A DNA stretch of 64,000 nucleotides, from the NCBI RefSeq assembly GCF_965662505.1, contig NZ_CBFIHX010000002.1:1948-65947 (forward strand). The letters are read 5' to 3'. Shown piece by piece: positions 33,604 to 43,295 of this stretch. Below the pieces are notes generated by a model, which was not told the DNA's origin, did no database searches, and saw only the letters and a list, made by a program, of their open reading frames with translations. How positions within the stretch are numbered: position 1 is the first letter of the stretch; every line of letters starts with the position of its first letter. This DNA is from Pseudomaricurvus sp. (GTDB taxonomy: Bacteria > Pseudomonadota > Gammaproteobacteria > Pseudomonadales > Cellvibrionaceae). The position numbers were made by a program, and so were the translations under genes.

Positions 33604-33996
33604 ATGGCTGCAACACAATACTACGGTACCGGACGCCGTAAAACTTCCACAGCTCGCGTATTTATTACTCAGGGCAGTGGTAACATCGTTGTTAACGATA
33701 AGACTCTGGATGAATACTTCGGCCGCGAAGTGGCTCGCATGATCGTGCGTCAGCCGCTGGAACTGGTTGATATGGTTGAGAAATTTGATATTAAAGTTAC
33801 CGTTAAAGGCGGTGGTAGCTTCGGTCAGGCCGGTGCAATTCGCCACGGTCTGACTCGTGCTCTGATGGAGTACGATGAGAGCTTGCGTCAGTCTCTGCGT
33901 GCAGCGGGTTATGTAACTCGTGATGCTCGTGAAGTTGAGCGTAAGAAAGTGGGTCTGCGTAAAGCACGTAAGAAGCCACAGTTCTCGAAGCGTTAA
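33604..33996 (+). CDS. rpsI: 30S ribosomal protein S9
   Basis: [33 protein letters not shown]. Confidence 0.99.
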   Translation: MAATQYYGTGRRKTSTARVFITQGSGNIVVNDKTLDEYFGREVARMIVRQPLELVDMVEKFDIKVTVKGGGSFGQAGAIRHGLTRALMEYDESLRQSLRAAGYVTRDAREVERKKVGLRKARKKPQFSKR

Positions 33997-34051
33997 TACG
34001 TTTCTGCAAAGAGAATCGTCTTGCTTTGGCGGTTCGACTTGCACAAAATTG

Positions 34052-34083
34052 GCCCAGATTGCATACAGTCTGGGCTTTTTTTT
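34052..34083 (+). terminator. Rho-independent terminator after rpsI
   Basis: GCCCAGATTG-cata-CAGTCTGGGC followed by T8. Confidence 0.85.
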
Positions 34084-34126
34084 GCGCTCGTGTCTAGAAT
34101 ACCCTTATTGGAAAGGTGGTTATGCC

Positions 34127-34155
34127 TTGTCAGGGGGGGGTAACTTCTTTACTAT
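34127..34155 (+). promoter_or_regulatory. Putative sigma-70 promoter of the pet operon with G8 in the spacer
   Basis: TTGTCA-N17-TACTAT; the spacer begins with GGGGGGGG (34133-34140). Confidence 0.55.
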
Positions 34156-34287
34156 GTGGCGATTTATTTAAGCTATTTTAAACAACCGTAAATCTTTAAA
34201 ATTCAGTAAGTTACTGACTGTTTTGTAGGCACTGCAGCCAGTAGAACTCATGTTGTTAAAGTAACGCTGTTATGGGAGAAAAACGTC

Positions 34288-34887
34288 ATGAGCAATGACG
34301 GAGTGAACGCAGGTCGGCGCCGTTTTCTGACGGCCGCTACCTCTGTAGTTGGGGCTGCAGGTGCGGTGGGAGTTGCTGTTCCTTTTGTGGGTTCCTGGAA
34401 CCCCAGCGCCAAGGCCAAAGCGGCCGGTGCGCCAGTGAAAGCGAATTTAAATAATATCGAAGAAGGCCAGATGGTTGTCGTAGAGTGGCGCGGTAAGCCT
34501 GTCTATGTTGTACGCCGTACGGCAGAAACTCTCGCCAACCTCCCCAAGCTCAATGACGAGCTTCGCGACCCTGAGTCGGTTGAGCCTCAGCAGCCTGAAT
34601 ACGTGAAAGGTGTGGCCAGAACCATCCCGGGTAAAGAAAAATTTCTGATCCTGCTGGGTCTGTGTACTCACTTGGGTTGTGCTCCGATGTATCGCCCGGA
34701 AGTGGGTGCCGAAGATTTGGGTGGTGATGAGTGGTTAGGTGGTTTCTTCTGCCCGTGCCACGGTTCTAAATACGACCTTTCCGGCCGGGTTTACAAGGGC
34801 GTTCCTGCCCCGACGAACCTGGAAGTTCCCCCACACTCATACGACACTGACACGGTCATTACCGTCGGTGTGGATCAGGAGGCTTAA
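34288..34887 (+). CDS. petA: Ubiquinol-cytochrome c reductase Rieske subunit
   Basis: Tat motif RRRFL; Rieske boxes CTHLGC and CPCHGS. Confidence 0.98.
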   Translation: MSNDGVNAGRRRFLTAATSVVGAAGAVGVAVPFVGSWNPSAKAKAAGAPVKANLNNIEEGQMVVVEWRGKPVYVVRRTAETLANLPKLNDELRDPESVEPQQPEYVKGVARTIPGKEKFLILLGLCTHLGCAPMYRPEVGAEDLGGDEWLGGFFCPCHGSKYDLSGRVYKGVPAPTNLEVPPHSYDTDTVITVGVDQEA

Positions 34888-34889
34888 GA

Positions 34890-37109
34890 ATGAGCAAATG
34901 GACTGATTTTATGGGTTGGGTTGACGCACGTTTGCCGGTGACGCGCGCGTGGGAAACCCACATGAGCAAGTATTACGCTCCCAAGAACTTTAACTTTTGG
35001 TATTTTTTCGGGGTTCTCTCGATTTTGGTACTGGTTAACCAGCTGTTAACCGGTATCTGGCTGACCATGAACTACACGCCCAGTGCCGAAGAGGCGTTTG
35101 CCTCGGTGGAATACATCATGCGTGATGTGGACTACGGCTGGCTGCTGAGGTACATGCACTCCACAGGCGCTTCCGCATTCTTTGTGGTGGTCTATCTGCA
35201 CATGTTCCGTGGCCTGATGTACGGTTCCTACAAGGCTCCTCGCGAGCTGGTGTGGATTTTCGGTATGACCATCTATCTGGCGCTGATGGCCGAAGCCTTT
35301 ATGGGCTACGTGCTGCCGTGGGGACAGATGTCCTATTGGGGTGCCCAGGTTATTGTTTCCCTGTTTGGTGCAATTCCAGTTGTGGGTGATGATCTGGTTC
35401 AATGGATTCGCGGTGATTACCTGATCTCCGGTGCGACCCTGAACCGCTTCTTCTCTCTGCACGTGGTTGCGTTGCCGATTGTGATTCTGGCTCTGGTGGT
35501 CATGCACATTCTGGCACTGCACGAAGTGGGTTCCAACAACCCGGACGGCGTTGAAATCAAGAAGAACAAAGATGAAAACGGCGTGCCGAAAGATGGCGTT
35601 CCTTTCCATCCCTTCTACACAGTCCATGATCTGGTGGGCGTGACGGTATTCCTGTTTGTTTTCTGCTTCGTTCTCTTCTTTATGCCAGAGATGGGCGGGT
35701 TCTTCCTGGAGTATGCCAACTTTGAAGTGGCTAACGGTCTGAAAACCCCTCCGCACATTGCGCCGGTTTGGTATTTCACACCTTTCTACGCCATCCTGCG
35801 GGCTGTTACCATTGATATTGGTCCACTGAGTTCCAAGTTCCTGGGTCTGGTGGCCATGGGCGGTGCGATTGCGATTCTGTTTGTCTTGCCGTGGCTGGAT
35901 AAGAGTCCTGTGAAGTCCATGCGTTATAAAGGCTTTATGCCTCGCGTATCGCTGATGTTGTTTGCGGCCATGTTCGTTGTACTGGGTTACCTGGGTGTGA
36001 AAGCGCCTACGGAAGGTCGTACAGTTCTGGCTCAGCTGGCGACGGTGTATTACTTCGCTTACTTTATCCAAATGCCGATGTTCACCAATCCGCTGAAGAA
36101 GCAGACGGGTATTGTGAATATCGTCATCAGCCTGTTGCTGGGTGCGTTGCTGCTGAAGCTGTCTTGGGTAGGCTCTGACAAGTACCCGCTGTTTATCAGC
36201 CTGTTTGGTACTGTGATGGGTCTGTTTGTTGCGGCAACACCTTGGTTAACCGCCAAAGATGGCGTCGAGCCCGAGCCTGAGCGTGTGCAGTCCAAAGGCT
36301 TGCCGAAAATGCTGGTTTGGGGTGGCTTTATTCTGTTCCTGTTCCTGACCATCGCACCCATCAAAGCGGTTGCTGCGGAAGGGGCTTTTAATTGTGGTGC
36401 CATCCAGTGTGATGAGATGGTGCCAGACTTGAAAGACAAAGAGTCCCTGCAACGTGGTGCCAAGTGGTTCGCTAACTACTGCATGGGCTGTCACGCAGCA
36501 AAGTTTTCACGCTACCAGCGTGTAGCGGATGACCTGGGTATTCCTCATGAAGTCATGTTGGATAACATCGTCTTTGGCGACCAGAAAATCGGTGAGCTGA
36601 TGGAAATTCCCATGCAGCCAAGTCAGTCCAAAGCCTGGTTTGGTGCCTCGCCACCGGATTTGACACTGGTTGCCCGCTCTCGTTCTCCGGAGTGGCTCTA
36701 CACTTATTTGCGCAGCTTTTACGCCGATGACACGCGCCACACTGGCGTTAACAACAAGGTCTTCGATAAGGTTGCCATGCCGCACGTGATGCTTGAGCTG
36801 CAAGGCTTGCAGGAGTGCGCGCCGGGCCCGAAACTTGACCACCACGGTAAAGTGATTCGCGATCCGGTGACGGGTGAAGCCATTGCTGAAGCCGAGTGTG
36901 GTAGTCTGCAAGTTGGCAAGGTGAAAGGGACCATGGATGAAAAGGAATTTGATCAGGCCATATACGATCTGGTGAATTTCCTGGAATACATTGCTGAGCC
37001 GGTTGCGGTTGATCGTGAGCGCATCGGTGTCTACGTGCTGTTGTTCCTCGCCGTATTGTTTGTTTTTGTCTACCTGTTGAACCGCGAATACTGGAGAGAA
37101 ATCCACTAG
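34890..37109 (+). CDS. petBC: Fused cytochrome b / cytochrome c1 polyprotein
   Basis: One 739-aa ORF: cytochrome b heme-His motifs (YMHSTGAS, YLHMFRG, FSLHVV, VMHILALH) and PVWY, then c1 with CMGCH, PPDLTL and a C-terminal anchor ending LLNREYWREIH. Confidence 0.93.
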   Translation: MSKWTDFMGWVDARLPVTRAWETHMSKYYAPKNFNFWYFFGVLSILVLVNQLLTGIWLTMNYTPSAEEAFASVEYIMRDVDYGWLLRYMHSTGASAFFVVVYLHMFRGLMYGSYKAPRELVWIFGMTIYLALMAEAFMGYVLPWGQMSYWGAQVIVSLFGAIPVVGDDLVQWIRGDYLISGATLNRFFSLHVVALPIVILALVVMHILALHEVGSNNPDGVEIKKNKDENGVPKDGVPFHPFYTVHDLVGVTVFLFVFCFVLFFMPEMGGFFLEYANFEVANGLKTPPHIAPVWYFTPFYAILRAVTIDIGPLSSKFLGLVAMGGAIAILFVLPWLDKSPVKSMRYKGFMPRVSLMLFAAMFVVLGYLGVKAPTEGRTVLAQLATVYYFAYFIQMPMFTNPLKKQTGIVNIVISLLLGALLLKLSWVGSDKYPLFISLFGTVMGLFVAATPWLTAKDGVEPEPERVQSKGLPKMLVWGGFILFLFLTIAPIKAVAAEGAFNCGAIQCDEMVPDLKDKESLQRGAKWFANYCMGCHAAKFSRYQRVADDLGIPHEVMLDNIVFGDQKIGELMEIPMQPSQSKAWFGASPPDLTLVARSRSPEWLYTYLRSFYADDTRHTGVNNKVFDKVAMPHVMLELQGLQECAPGPKLDHHGKVIRDPVTGEAIAEAECGSLQVGKVKGTMDEKEFDQAIYDLVNFLEYIAEPVAVDRERIGVYVLLFLAVLFVFVYLLNREYWREIH

Positions 37110-37129
37110 ATTTTCGGGGTTTGGCTTTC

Positions 37130-37168
37130 CGGGCGGTCTGCATAAGCAGTCCGCCCGTTTGTGTTTTT
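37130..37168 (+). terminator. Terminator after petBC
   Basis: CGGGCGGtCTGC-ataa-GCAGtCCGCCCG followed by TTTGTGTTTTT. Confidence 0.7.
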
Positions 37169-37194
37169 AAATTCTACTTATTGAGGTGAAGCCC

Positions 37195-37827
37195 ATGGGC
37201 GTTGTGGCCAAGCGTTCTTCCATGACCTATTTTTCTGATGCGTGTGACCATTACAGTCATCGTGTTCGTATTGTTCTGGCGGAAAAAGGTGTGTCCGTTG
37301 ATATCATTGACGTGGACCCTAAAAACAAGCCGGAAGAACTGGCAGAATTGAACCCTTACAATGCTTTGCCGACTCTGGTGGATCGCGATCTGTCTTTGTA
37401 CGAAACCAAAGTTATGATGGAGTATCTGGATGAGCGTTTCCCTCATCCACCGCTATTGCCTGTCTACCCGGTAGCACGTGCCCAGACTCGTCTGTGGATG
37501 CATCGCATCGAGAATGACTGGAGTCCTATGGTTGACACCATCATTAATGGGAAAAACAAAGAAGCCGCAGCAAAAGCTCGTAAAGAGCTGAAAGAAAGCC
37601 TGCTGACAATTGCACCGATCTTCTCTGAACTGCCTTACTTTATGAGTGAAGAGTTTACCATCGCTGACTGTTGTCTGGCTCCGATCTTGTGGCGTCTGCA
37701 GCAGATGGACATCGAACTGCCGAAAACCAAACAGGCCAAGCCGTTGCAGGATTATATGGATCGTCTGTTTGCCAGAGAGTCATTCCAGGAGAGCTTGACC
37801 GAGCTCGAGCGGGAAATGCGTCTCTAA
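37195..37827 (+). CDS. sspA: Stringent starvation protein A (GST fold)
   Basis: [40 protein letters not shown]. Confidence 0.96.
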   Translation: MGVVAKRSSMTYFSDACDHYSHRVRIVLAEKGVSVDIIDVDPKNKPEELAELNPYNALPTLVDRDLSLYETKVMMEYLDERFPHPPLLPVYPVARAQTRLWMHRIENDWSPMVDTIINGKNKEAAAKARKELKESLLTIAPIFSELPYFMSEEFTIADCCLAPILWRLQQMDIELPKTKQAKPLQDYMDRLFARESFQESLTELEREMRL

Positions 37828-37912
37828 TCGTTGCTGAATCACGATGCTGCCGAGCTGGCAGCGTCGTTATGACACAGTCAATGTGGTCTAGCGACCAGGT
37901 AAGGAATTTTCA

Positions 37913-38335
37913 ATGGGTATGACATCTAGCCGACCGTATATGTTACGGGCACTCTATGACTGGATAGTGGACAATGAGTGTACGCCGTATCTACTGGTGG
38001 ACGCTCACGCTTCTGATGTGGAAGTGCCACAGCAGTATGTGAACAAGGATGGTCAGATTGTTCTGAATATTGCGCCAACCGCGGTGGTGGGTTTAACCAT
38101 TGAAAATGCTGCGGTGAGCTTTAATGCACGTTTCGGCGGCATTCCCACGAATATCTATGTTCCCTGCTCCGGAGTTTTGGGGATTTACGCCCGAGAGAAC
38201 GGCCAGGGCATGATTTTTGAGCCGGAGCCTGAACTGGATCCTGAGCCGCCAAAGCCGACGACCAAAGATAAAGCTGAAAAATCGGTTGAGCCTCAGACGG
38301 ATGCTAAACGCCCCAGTCTGAAGGTTGTGAAGTAA
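37913..38335 (+). CDS. sspB: ClpXP adaptor SspB
   Basis: [31 protein letters not shown]-terminal ClpX-binding RPSLKVVK. Confidence 0.97.
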   Translation: MGMTSSRPYMLRALYDWIVDNECTPYLLVDAHASDVEVPQQYVNKDGQIVLNIAPTAVVGLTIENAAVSFNARFGGIPTNIYVPCSGVLGIYARENGQGMIFEPEPELDPEPPKPTTKDKAEKSVEPQTDAKRPSLKVVK

Positions 38336-38372
38336 GTCAGGTGAAGTAAGTTGCGATTGTCGTGACGATGGC

Positions 38373-38406
38373 AAAAGGCGCTGCCCAGGGGGTAAGCGCC
38401 TTTTTT
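38373..38406 (+). terminator. Terminator after sspB
   Basis: AAAAGGCGCT...AGCGCCTTTTTT. Confidence 0.75.
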
Positions 38407-38423
38407 ATTTGAGGAGTCGTATT

Positions 38424-38756
38424 TTGCCGGAACTGAAAACCGTTGGACTGTTTGCGGTGACTGCGTTGGCCGAAATTATTGGCTGTTATTTGCCGTACCT
38501 TTGGCTGCGCGAAGGGAAATCCATTTTGTTATTGGTGCCTGCGGCACTGAGTTTGGCCGTCTTTGCCTGGTTGCTGTCATTGCACCCAACGGCAGCGGGC
38601 AGGGTCTATGCAGCCTATGGTGGCGTCTACATTATGATGGCGATTTTGTGGTTGTGGATTGTCGATGGCGTTCGTCCAACAGCCTGGGATTTGCTTGGCT
38701 CTGGTGTTGCGTTACTGGGCATGGCCATTATTATGTTTGCTCCTCGCTCCTCATAA
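38424..38756 (+). CDS. ynfA: YnfA (UPF0060) small multidrug-resistance-family membrane protein
   Basis: [27 protein letters not shown]; probable TTG start 7 nt after GAGGAG. Confidence 0.92.
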   Translation: MPELKTVGLFAVTALAEIIGCYLPYLWLREGKSILLLVPAALSLAVFAWLLSLHPTAAGRVYAAYGGVYIMMAILWLWIVDGVRPTAWDLLGSGVALLGMAIIMFAPRSS

Positions 38757-38799
38757 TTCTCGACGGCTGCTGTTCATTCCGGGCTGACAGGACAATTTC

Positions 38800-39192
38800 A
38801 TGGCAAAACCGCAAAGCAAAACTGAAAAGAAAATAGATAACAATATCCGTCTGGCTTTAACGGATGTCTGTGAGCAGGTGTTGGGACGACTTCAGGGGTT
38901 CGAGTGGTTGACCCATCAGGCGAATTACACCAACTTCCCAGCCAGCCTGTTAGTCACTTGTGTATTTGATACAGAAGAGAATCTTCAAGCTGCGATAACG
39001 ACTGGCGAAGCCGAGCAGTTGAAGAAGCAGATTCAGATGAAGCTGCTGAAAATTGGGGTGAAATTCAAAGCTCTGAATCAACAGGTGGTGTTTGATTCGG
39101 AAGAGGCTTGTGAGTTGCACAGTGAAGGTAGCTGGGCCAGACGACTGGAGGCTCGCAAGGGGCGCAGTGTGTTGAAAAACCGGCCAAGCTGA
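38800..39192 (+). CDS. Hypothetical soluble protein (130 aa)
   Basis: ATG-started ORF between ynfA and a strong terminator; KTEKKIDNNIRLALTDVCE, WLTHQANYTNFPASL, FDSEEAC. No motif assigned. Confidence 0.7.
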   Translation: MAKPQSKTEKKIDNNIRLALTDVCEQVLGRLQGFEWLTHQANYTNFPASLLVTCVFDTEENLQAAITTGEAEQLKKQIQMKLLKIGVKFKALNQQVVFDSEEACELHSEGSWARRLEARKGRSVLKNRPS

Positions 39193-39205
39193 ACTTGTGA
39201 GACTT

Positions 39206-39247
39206 AAACAAAAAAGGCGATGGTGTGAATCATCGCCTTTTTTGTTT
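39206..39247. terminator. Bidirectional terminator
   Basis: Perfect 17-bp stem AAACAAAAAAGGCGATG...CATCGCCTTTTTTGTTT between convergent genes. Confidence 0.9.
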
Positions 39248-39259
39248 GCGGAGGGAGTG

Positions 39260-40228
39260 TTATTGCTGCAATTCCTTCTCGCTGAACTGACCGGCAAACA
39301 GGATGCTGGACAAATAGCGTTCGCCAGAGTCAGGCAGAATGACAACGATATTTTTACCACCATTCTCGGGCAGCTCTGCCAGGTGCAGGGCCGCAGACAG
39401 TGCTGCGCCGGAGGAAATGCCTGCCAAAATACCTTCTTCTTTCATCAAGCGTTGTGCCATCTCAATGGCATTTTCATTACTGACTTTTTCGACGCCATCG
39501 ACCAGGGAGATATCCAGGTTCTTTGGGATAAAGCCGGCGCCAATACCCTGAATTTTGTGAGGGGAGGGCTGTATCTCCTCGCCGGCGATGGTTTGGCTGA
39601 TAACAGGGGAAGCTTCAGGTTCTACTGCGATGCACTTTACATCCAGTCCTTTGGTATTTTTCAGGTAGCGGGCGGTACCGGTCAGGGTGCCGCCAGTGCC
39701 AACGCCCGCGACAAAGATATCCACCTTGCCTTCGGTATCTTCGTAAATTTCAGGGCCGGTGGTTTTTTCGTGAATCTCGGGGTTGGCCGGATTTTCAAAT
39801 TGTCGCGGCATAAAGGTGCCTTGTGGATCCTGCGCTGCAATTTCTTCGGCTTTGGCGATGGCGCCGTTCATGCCTTTTTCGCCAGGAGTCAGTTCCAGTT
39901 CGGCTCCCAGCGCTTTGATCAGCTGACGACGCTCCAGACTCATGGTGTTGGGCATGGTCAAAATCAGTTTGTAGCCTTTTGCGGCGCACACGAACGCCAG
40001 TGCAATGCCTGTGTTGCCGCTGGTGGGTTCAACCACGGTCATGCCTGGTTTTAGGGCGCCGCGTTTTTCTGCGTCCCAGATCATATTGGCGCCAATGCGG
40101 CATTTTACCGAGGTGGCGGGATTGCGTGACTCCAATTTAACGAAGACATTTTTATCGGTAATCCGGTTCAGCTTGACCAGTGGCGTTTTGCCGATGGTCA
40201 GCGAATTATCTTGGTAAATCTGGCTCAT
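39260..40228 (-). CDS. cysK: Cysteine synthase A
   Basis: PLP-Lys [43 protein letters not shown]. Confidence 0.97.
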   Translation of the reverse strand: MSQIYQDNSLTIGKTPLVKLNRITDKNVFVKLESRNPATSVKCRIGANMIWDAEKRGALKPGMTVVEPTSGNTGIALAFVCAAKGYKLILTMPNTMSLERRQLIKALGAELELTPGEKGMNGAIAKAEEIAAQDPQGTFMPRQFENPANPEIHEKTTGPEIYEDTEGKVDIFVAGVGTGGTLTGTARYLKNTKGLDVKCIAVEPEASPVISQTIAGEEIQPSPHKIQGIGAGFIPKNLDISLVDGVEKVSNENAIEMAQRLMKEEGILAGISSGAALSAALHLAELPENGGKNIVVILPDSGERYLSSILFAGQFSEKELQQ

Positions 40229-40427
40229 CACTTAAATCCTTTGGTTGGTTAATTAGCCCTAAATCGCCATTGAAACGCACCCCGAAACGGCTGGCAAGCA
40301 AAACCATATATAGCCTTTTGGGATTAACTTAATTTTGCTAATTACGAATTCGTATTGGTGACTTGTCCTTAACTCCTTAATACTGACTCTGGAGTCCTTA
40401 GAAAATATAATGAAAAAGGAGCGCTGT

Positions 40428-41045
40428 ATGGCCATTTTGGAACATACCCTTGGAATCCTGCTACATCCCGATAAAGAATGGAAAGCGATTCGCAACGAAC
40501 GCCATTCCTTTCTGCAAGTCTTTATTAGTCACGTGCCGTTTCTGGCGCTTATCCCAACTCTTGCTTCTTATTATGGCGTCACTCAGGTGGGGTGGGTCGT
40601 TGCCGATGGAGAGCCCGTGCGGCTGACGGCAGCCAGTGCCATGAGTCTGTGTGCGGCGACCTATGTCGCGTTACTGGCAGGTGTGTATCTGTTGGGGGAA
40701 TTTATTAACTGGATGGCGAAAACCTACGGTGTCGCCGGTAGCGACGAAGAGCGTCACTATGAGGGAACCGCGCTGGCGGTGTATGTCTCGACGCCGATCT
40801 TCCTGGCAGGAATTCTTCAGGTGTATCCCGATCTCTGGGTGAATGCTCTGGCCACGGTGATTGCGGGTGCCTATGCAGTGTATCTGGTGTATGAAGGCAT
40901 TCCGATTCTGATGAACATTTCCAAAGAGCAGGCCTTTATGTACGCCACGTCGGTAGTGACTGTGGGCCTGGTGATGATGGTGATTGTGCGGGTTGGTTCT
41001 GTACTGGTTTGGGGGATGGGAATGGGGCCTGTCTACGTGGATTGA
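40428..41045 (+). CDS. Yip1-family membrane protein (YohC-like)
   Basis: GILLHPDKEWKAI, five hydrophobic segments, YLVYEGIPILMNI; start 6 nt after AAGGAG. Confidence 0.82.
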   Translation: MAILEHTLGILLHPDKEWKAIRNERHSFLQVFISHVPFLALIPTLASYYGVTQVGWVVADGEPVRLTAASAMSLCAATYVALLAGVYLLGEFINWMAKTYGVAGSDEERHYEGTALAVYVSTPIFLAGILQVYPDLWVNALATVIAGAYAVYLVYEGIPILMNISKEQAFMYATSVVTVGLVMMVIVRVGSVLVWGMGMGPVYVD

Positions 41046-41084
41046 CCCGCTAAAGAAACCAGCAAGCAATCATAATATCCCAAT

Positions 41085-41111
41085 AAAAAAGAGCCGAAAG
41101 GCTCTTTTTTT
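41085..41111. terminator. Bidirectional terminator
   Basis: AAAAAAGAGCC-gaaa-GGCTCTTTTTTT. Confidence 0.9.
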
Positions 41112-41197
41112 GTGTTTGCTAACAGGGTTTCAGTTTATGTGTGTTGGTCTTCATACTGCTACTGACGTGATGTCTTACAGCAGTCGAAGTAGTGGTT

Positions 41198-43168
41198 TTA
41201 CTGCAGTAGCGGCGGCACTGGGCAATCAAGGCAGTCGGCAATAGCTCGGAACAGTTCGTATTCCTGCGGATCCACTTTGCCATCGTGCTGAATGCAGGCG
41301 ATTAACGCTTTCAACAGAGCCGGTTTTTGCAGCGGCTTAAGCTGTTGCAGTTGCTGAATGGCGCTGTCGAGCATGGGAAGAGAGAGTTGACCGTCCCCCA
41401 GCAGAGGCAGGTTGGCCAGTCCCAGTTTAGCCATGGCACTATTGTAAGCGGCTTCAGCGGGGGCTGCAGCATTGTGCCCGGCCGTGGCCAGAGTGCTGAT
41501 CAGTTGTTGGCAGGGTACGCCCAGCTGGCGGATGCTGGCGCTTGCTGTGTGGTTGGAGCTCTTTGGTTCCATGGTGTTGATCAGCATCCGATACAGTGCC
41601 CACTCAAACGTATCGACTTGTTTGTCGGCCTTGATCAGAGCAATCACATTTTCTTTAAAAAGCTGGTATTGAGGTGTCGACAGAGTTTTCAGGGCTGAGG
41701 TCGTGAGTGTGAACAGCGGCAATCGCAGTGTTCTGGGCAGCTGTTGCACAGAGCTCTGCAGCTCCTGAGTGAGTTTAAAAACGACCGGATGCGCCCGTTG
41801 CTGTAGCTGTTGCCACTGGCTGTCGGCAGTGTCCGTCTGAATCAGCAGGCTGTAGATAATCGCTCTGGCTGCAAACGGATCATGTGCCGCCTCGGACAAG
41901 TGATCGGGGATGTCTTGCAGCACGCGTTGTGCCTGCTGAACATGCTCTGGCGTGGGTGAGCCGATGTCTTCAAGAGAAATGTCCGCAGTGGCGACATCTC
42001 TGTCTGCTGTTGTTGGATGAGCGCTTGAGGTATGGGGTTGGGAGGCGGCAGAGCCTGCTCCCGCCGCAAAGCCGCTCACAGCCTCGCTGGCGTTGGGTGA
42101 CGCTGAACTTCGGGGGCCTGAATACTCTCCGTTCCAATTGGGATCGATGCGCTTGATGCGGGTTTCCAGTGGCGGGTGAGTGGCCATCAGGCTGTTCATG
42201 GAAGAGAGAATCGCCTCGCCGAAATACATATGGCTGTACTCTTCGGCGTTGGGGTGGCGAATCTCCGCCGCATGACTGAAGCCGCCAATCTTTTGCAGCG
42301 CCTGGCTGATGCCGTCGGGATTGCGGGTGAATTGCACGGCCGAGGCATCCGCCAGAAATTCCCGCTGGCGACTGACAGCGGCTTTAATCCATTTACCAAA
42401 AAACGTGCCCGCATAACCCAGAATCACAAGACCCAGGCCGAGACCGAGCATGGCGATACCGGAGTTGTCTTTATCCCGTCGACTGCTGAACCCCTGACTG
42501 TACATGCCGCTGCGCAGCAGAATCGATCCCAGCAGACCGATAATCAAAATGCCGTGCAAAATACCGATCAAGCGAATGTTGATGCGCATATCACCGTGCA
42601 GGATGTGGCTGAACTCATGAGCGATGACGCCCTGAAGCTGTTCTCGATTCAGCAGTTTCATACAGCCGCGGGTAACACCAATGACTGCGTCGTTGGCATC
42701 ATAACCGGCGGCAAAGGCGTTGATACCGTCTTCATCCAGTAGAAACACCGGTGGCACCGGGGTGCCGGAGGCGATGGCCATCTCTTCCACCACATTGAGG
42801 AGTTTGCGCTCATCGGCATCGGCGGTATTGGGTTGCAGGCGTCGTCCGCCCAGAGATTCCGCGACTTTTTCACCGCCACCGGAAAGCTGCATCAGTTTAT
42901 ACAGGCTGCCAATGGCCACCACACACAACACCACTGCCGCAATCCCGCCCACCAGATCCCAGCTGACGATCTGCATGATGCCCGTGACGCCGCCATCAAT
43001 CTGTTGCAACGGCGCGTGACGTTTTTGATTTTGAACATCGAAAAAGTAGAGGAATCCGGCGACGAAAGCTGTCGTGATGGCAATCAGGCTCAATATTGCC
43101 ATCCCAAAAAGCACAATAAGACGGGTGGTGTTTTTACGGGCCTGATCCTGATGTTCAAAAAAGTTCAT
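41198..43168 (-). CDS. HtpX-like M48 membrane zinc metalloprotease with C-terminal helical extension
   Basis: INAFAAG, HEXXH (IAHEFSH), SRQREFLADASA, ATHPPLETRI; 656 aa. Confidence 0.9.
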   Translation of the reverse strand: MNFFEHQDQARKNTTRLIVLFGMAILSLIAITTAFVAGFLYFFDVQNQKRHAPLQQIDGGVTGIMQIVSWDLVGGIAAVVLCVVAIGSLYKLMQLSGGGEKVAESLGGRRLQPNTADADERKLLNVVEEMAIASGTPVPPVFLLDEDGINAFAAGYDANDAVIGVTRGCMKLLNREQLQGVIAHEFSHILHGDMRINIRLIGILHGILIIGLLGSILLRSGMYSQGFSSRRDKDNSGIAMLGLGLGLVILGYAGTFFGKWIKAAVSRQREFLADASAVQFTRNPDGISQALQKIGGFSHAAEIRHPNAEEYSHMYFGEAILSSMNSLMATHPPLETRIKRIDPNWNGEYSGPRSSASPNASEAVSGFAAGAGSAASQPHTSSAHPTTADRDVATADISLEDIGSPTPEHVQQAQRVLQDIPDHLSEAAHDPFAARAIIYSLLIQTDTADSQWQQLQQRAHPVVFKLTQELQSSVQQLPRTLRLPLFTLTTSALKTLSTPQYQLFKENVIALIKADKQVDTFEWALYRMLINTMEPKSSNHTASASIRQLGVPCQQLISTLATAGHNAAAPAEAAYNSAMAKLGLANLPLLGDGQLSLPMLDSAIQQLQQLKPLQKPALLKALIACIQHDGKVDPQEYELFRAIADCLDCPVPPLLQ

Positions 43169-43295
43169 GGTTCGACTTACTGTTGCTGAGGTTGATGAGC
43201 GGAAGTGGTGGTGACGTTGGGAGGGCTTGCCGAGTTGATCCCGGCAAGCCTCTCACCAACAGACTGAATACAAACAGAGCGGTAAGAATGCTGCT

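Noticed and set aside
35046-36071. 341-aa - strand ORF
   Set aside because: Antisense shadow of the cytochrome b moiety.
38800-39192. Calling the 130-aa ORF a transcriptional regulator
   Set aside because: No helix-turn-helix motif recognisable; left as hypothetical.
39197-40054. 285-aa + strand ORF
   Set aside because: Antisense to cysK and runs through the bidirectional terminator.
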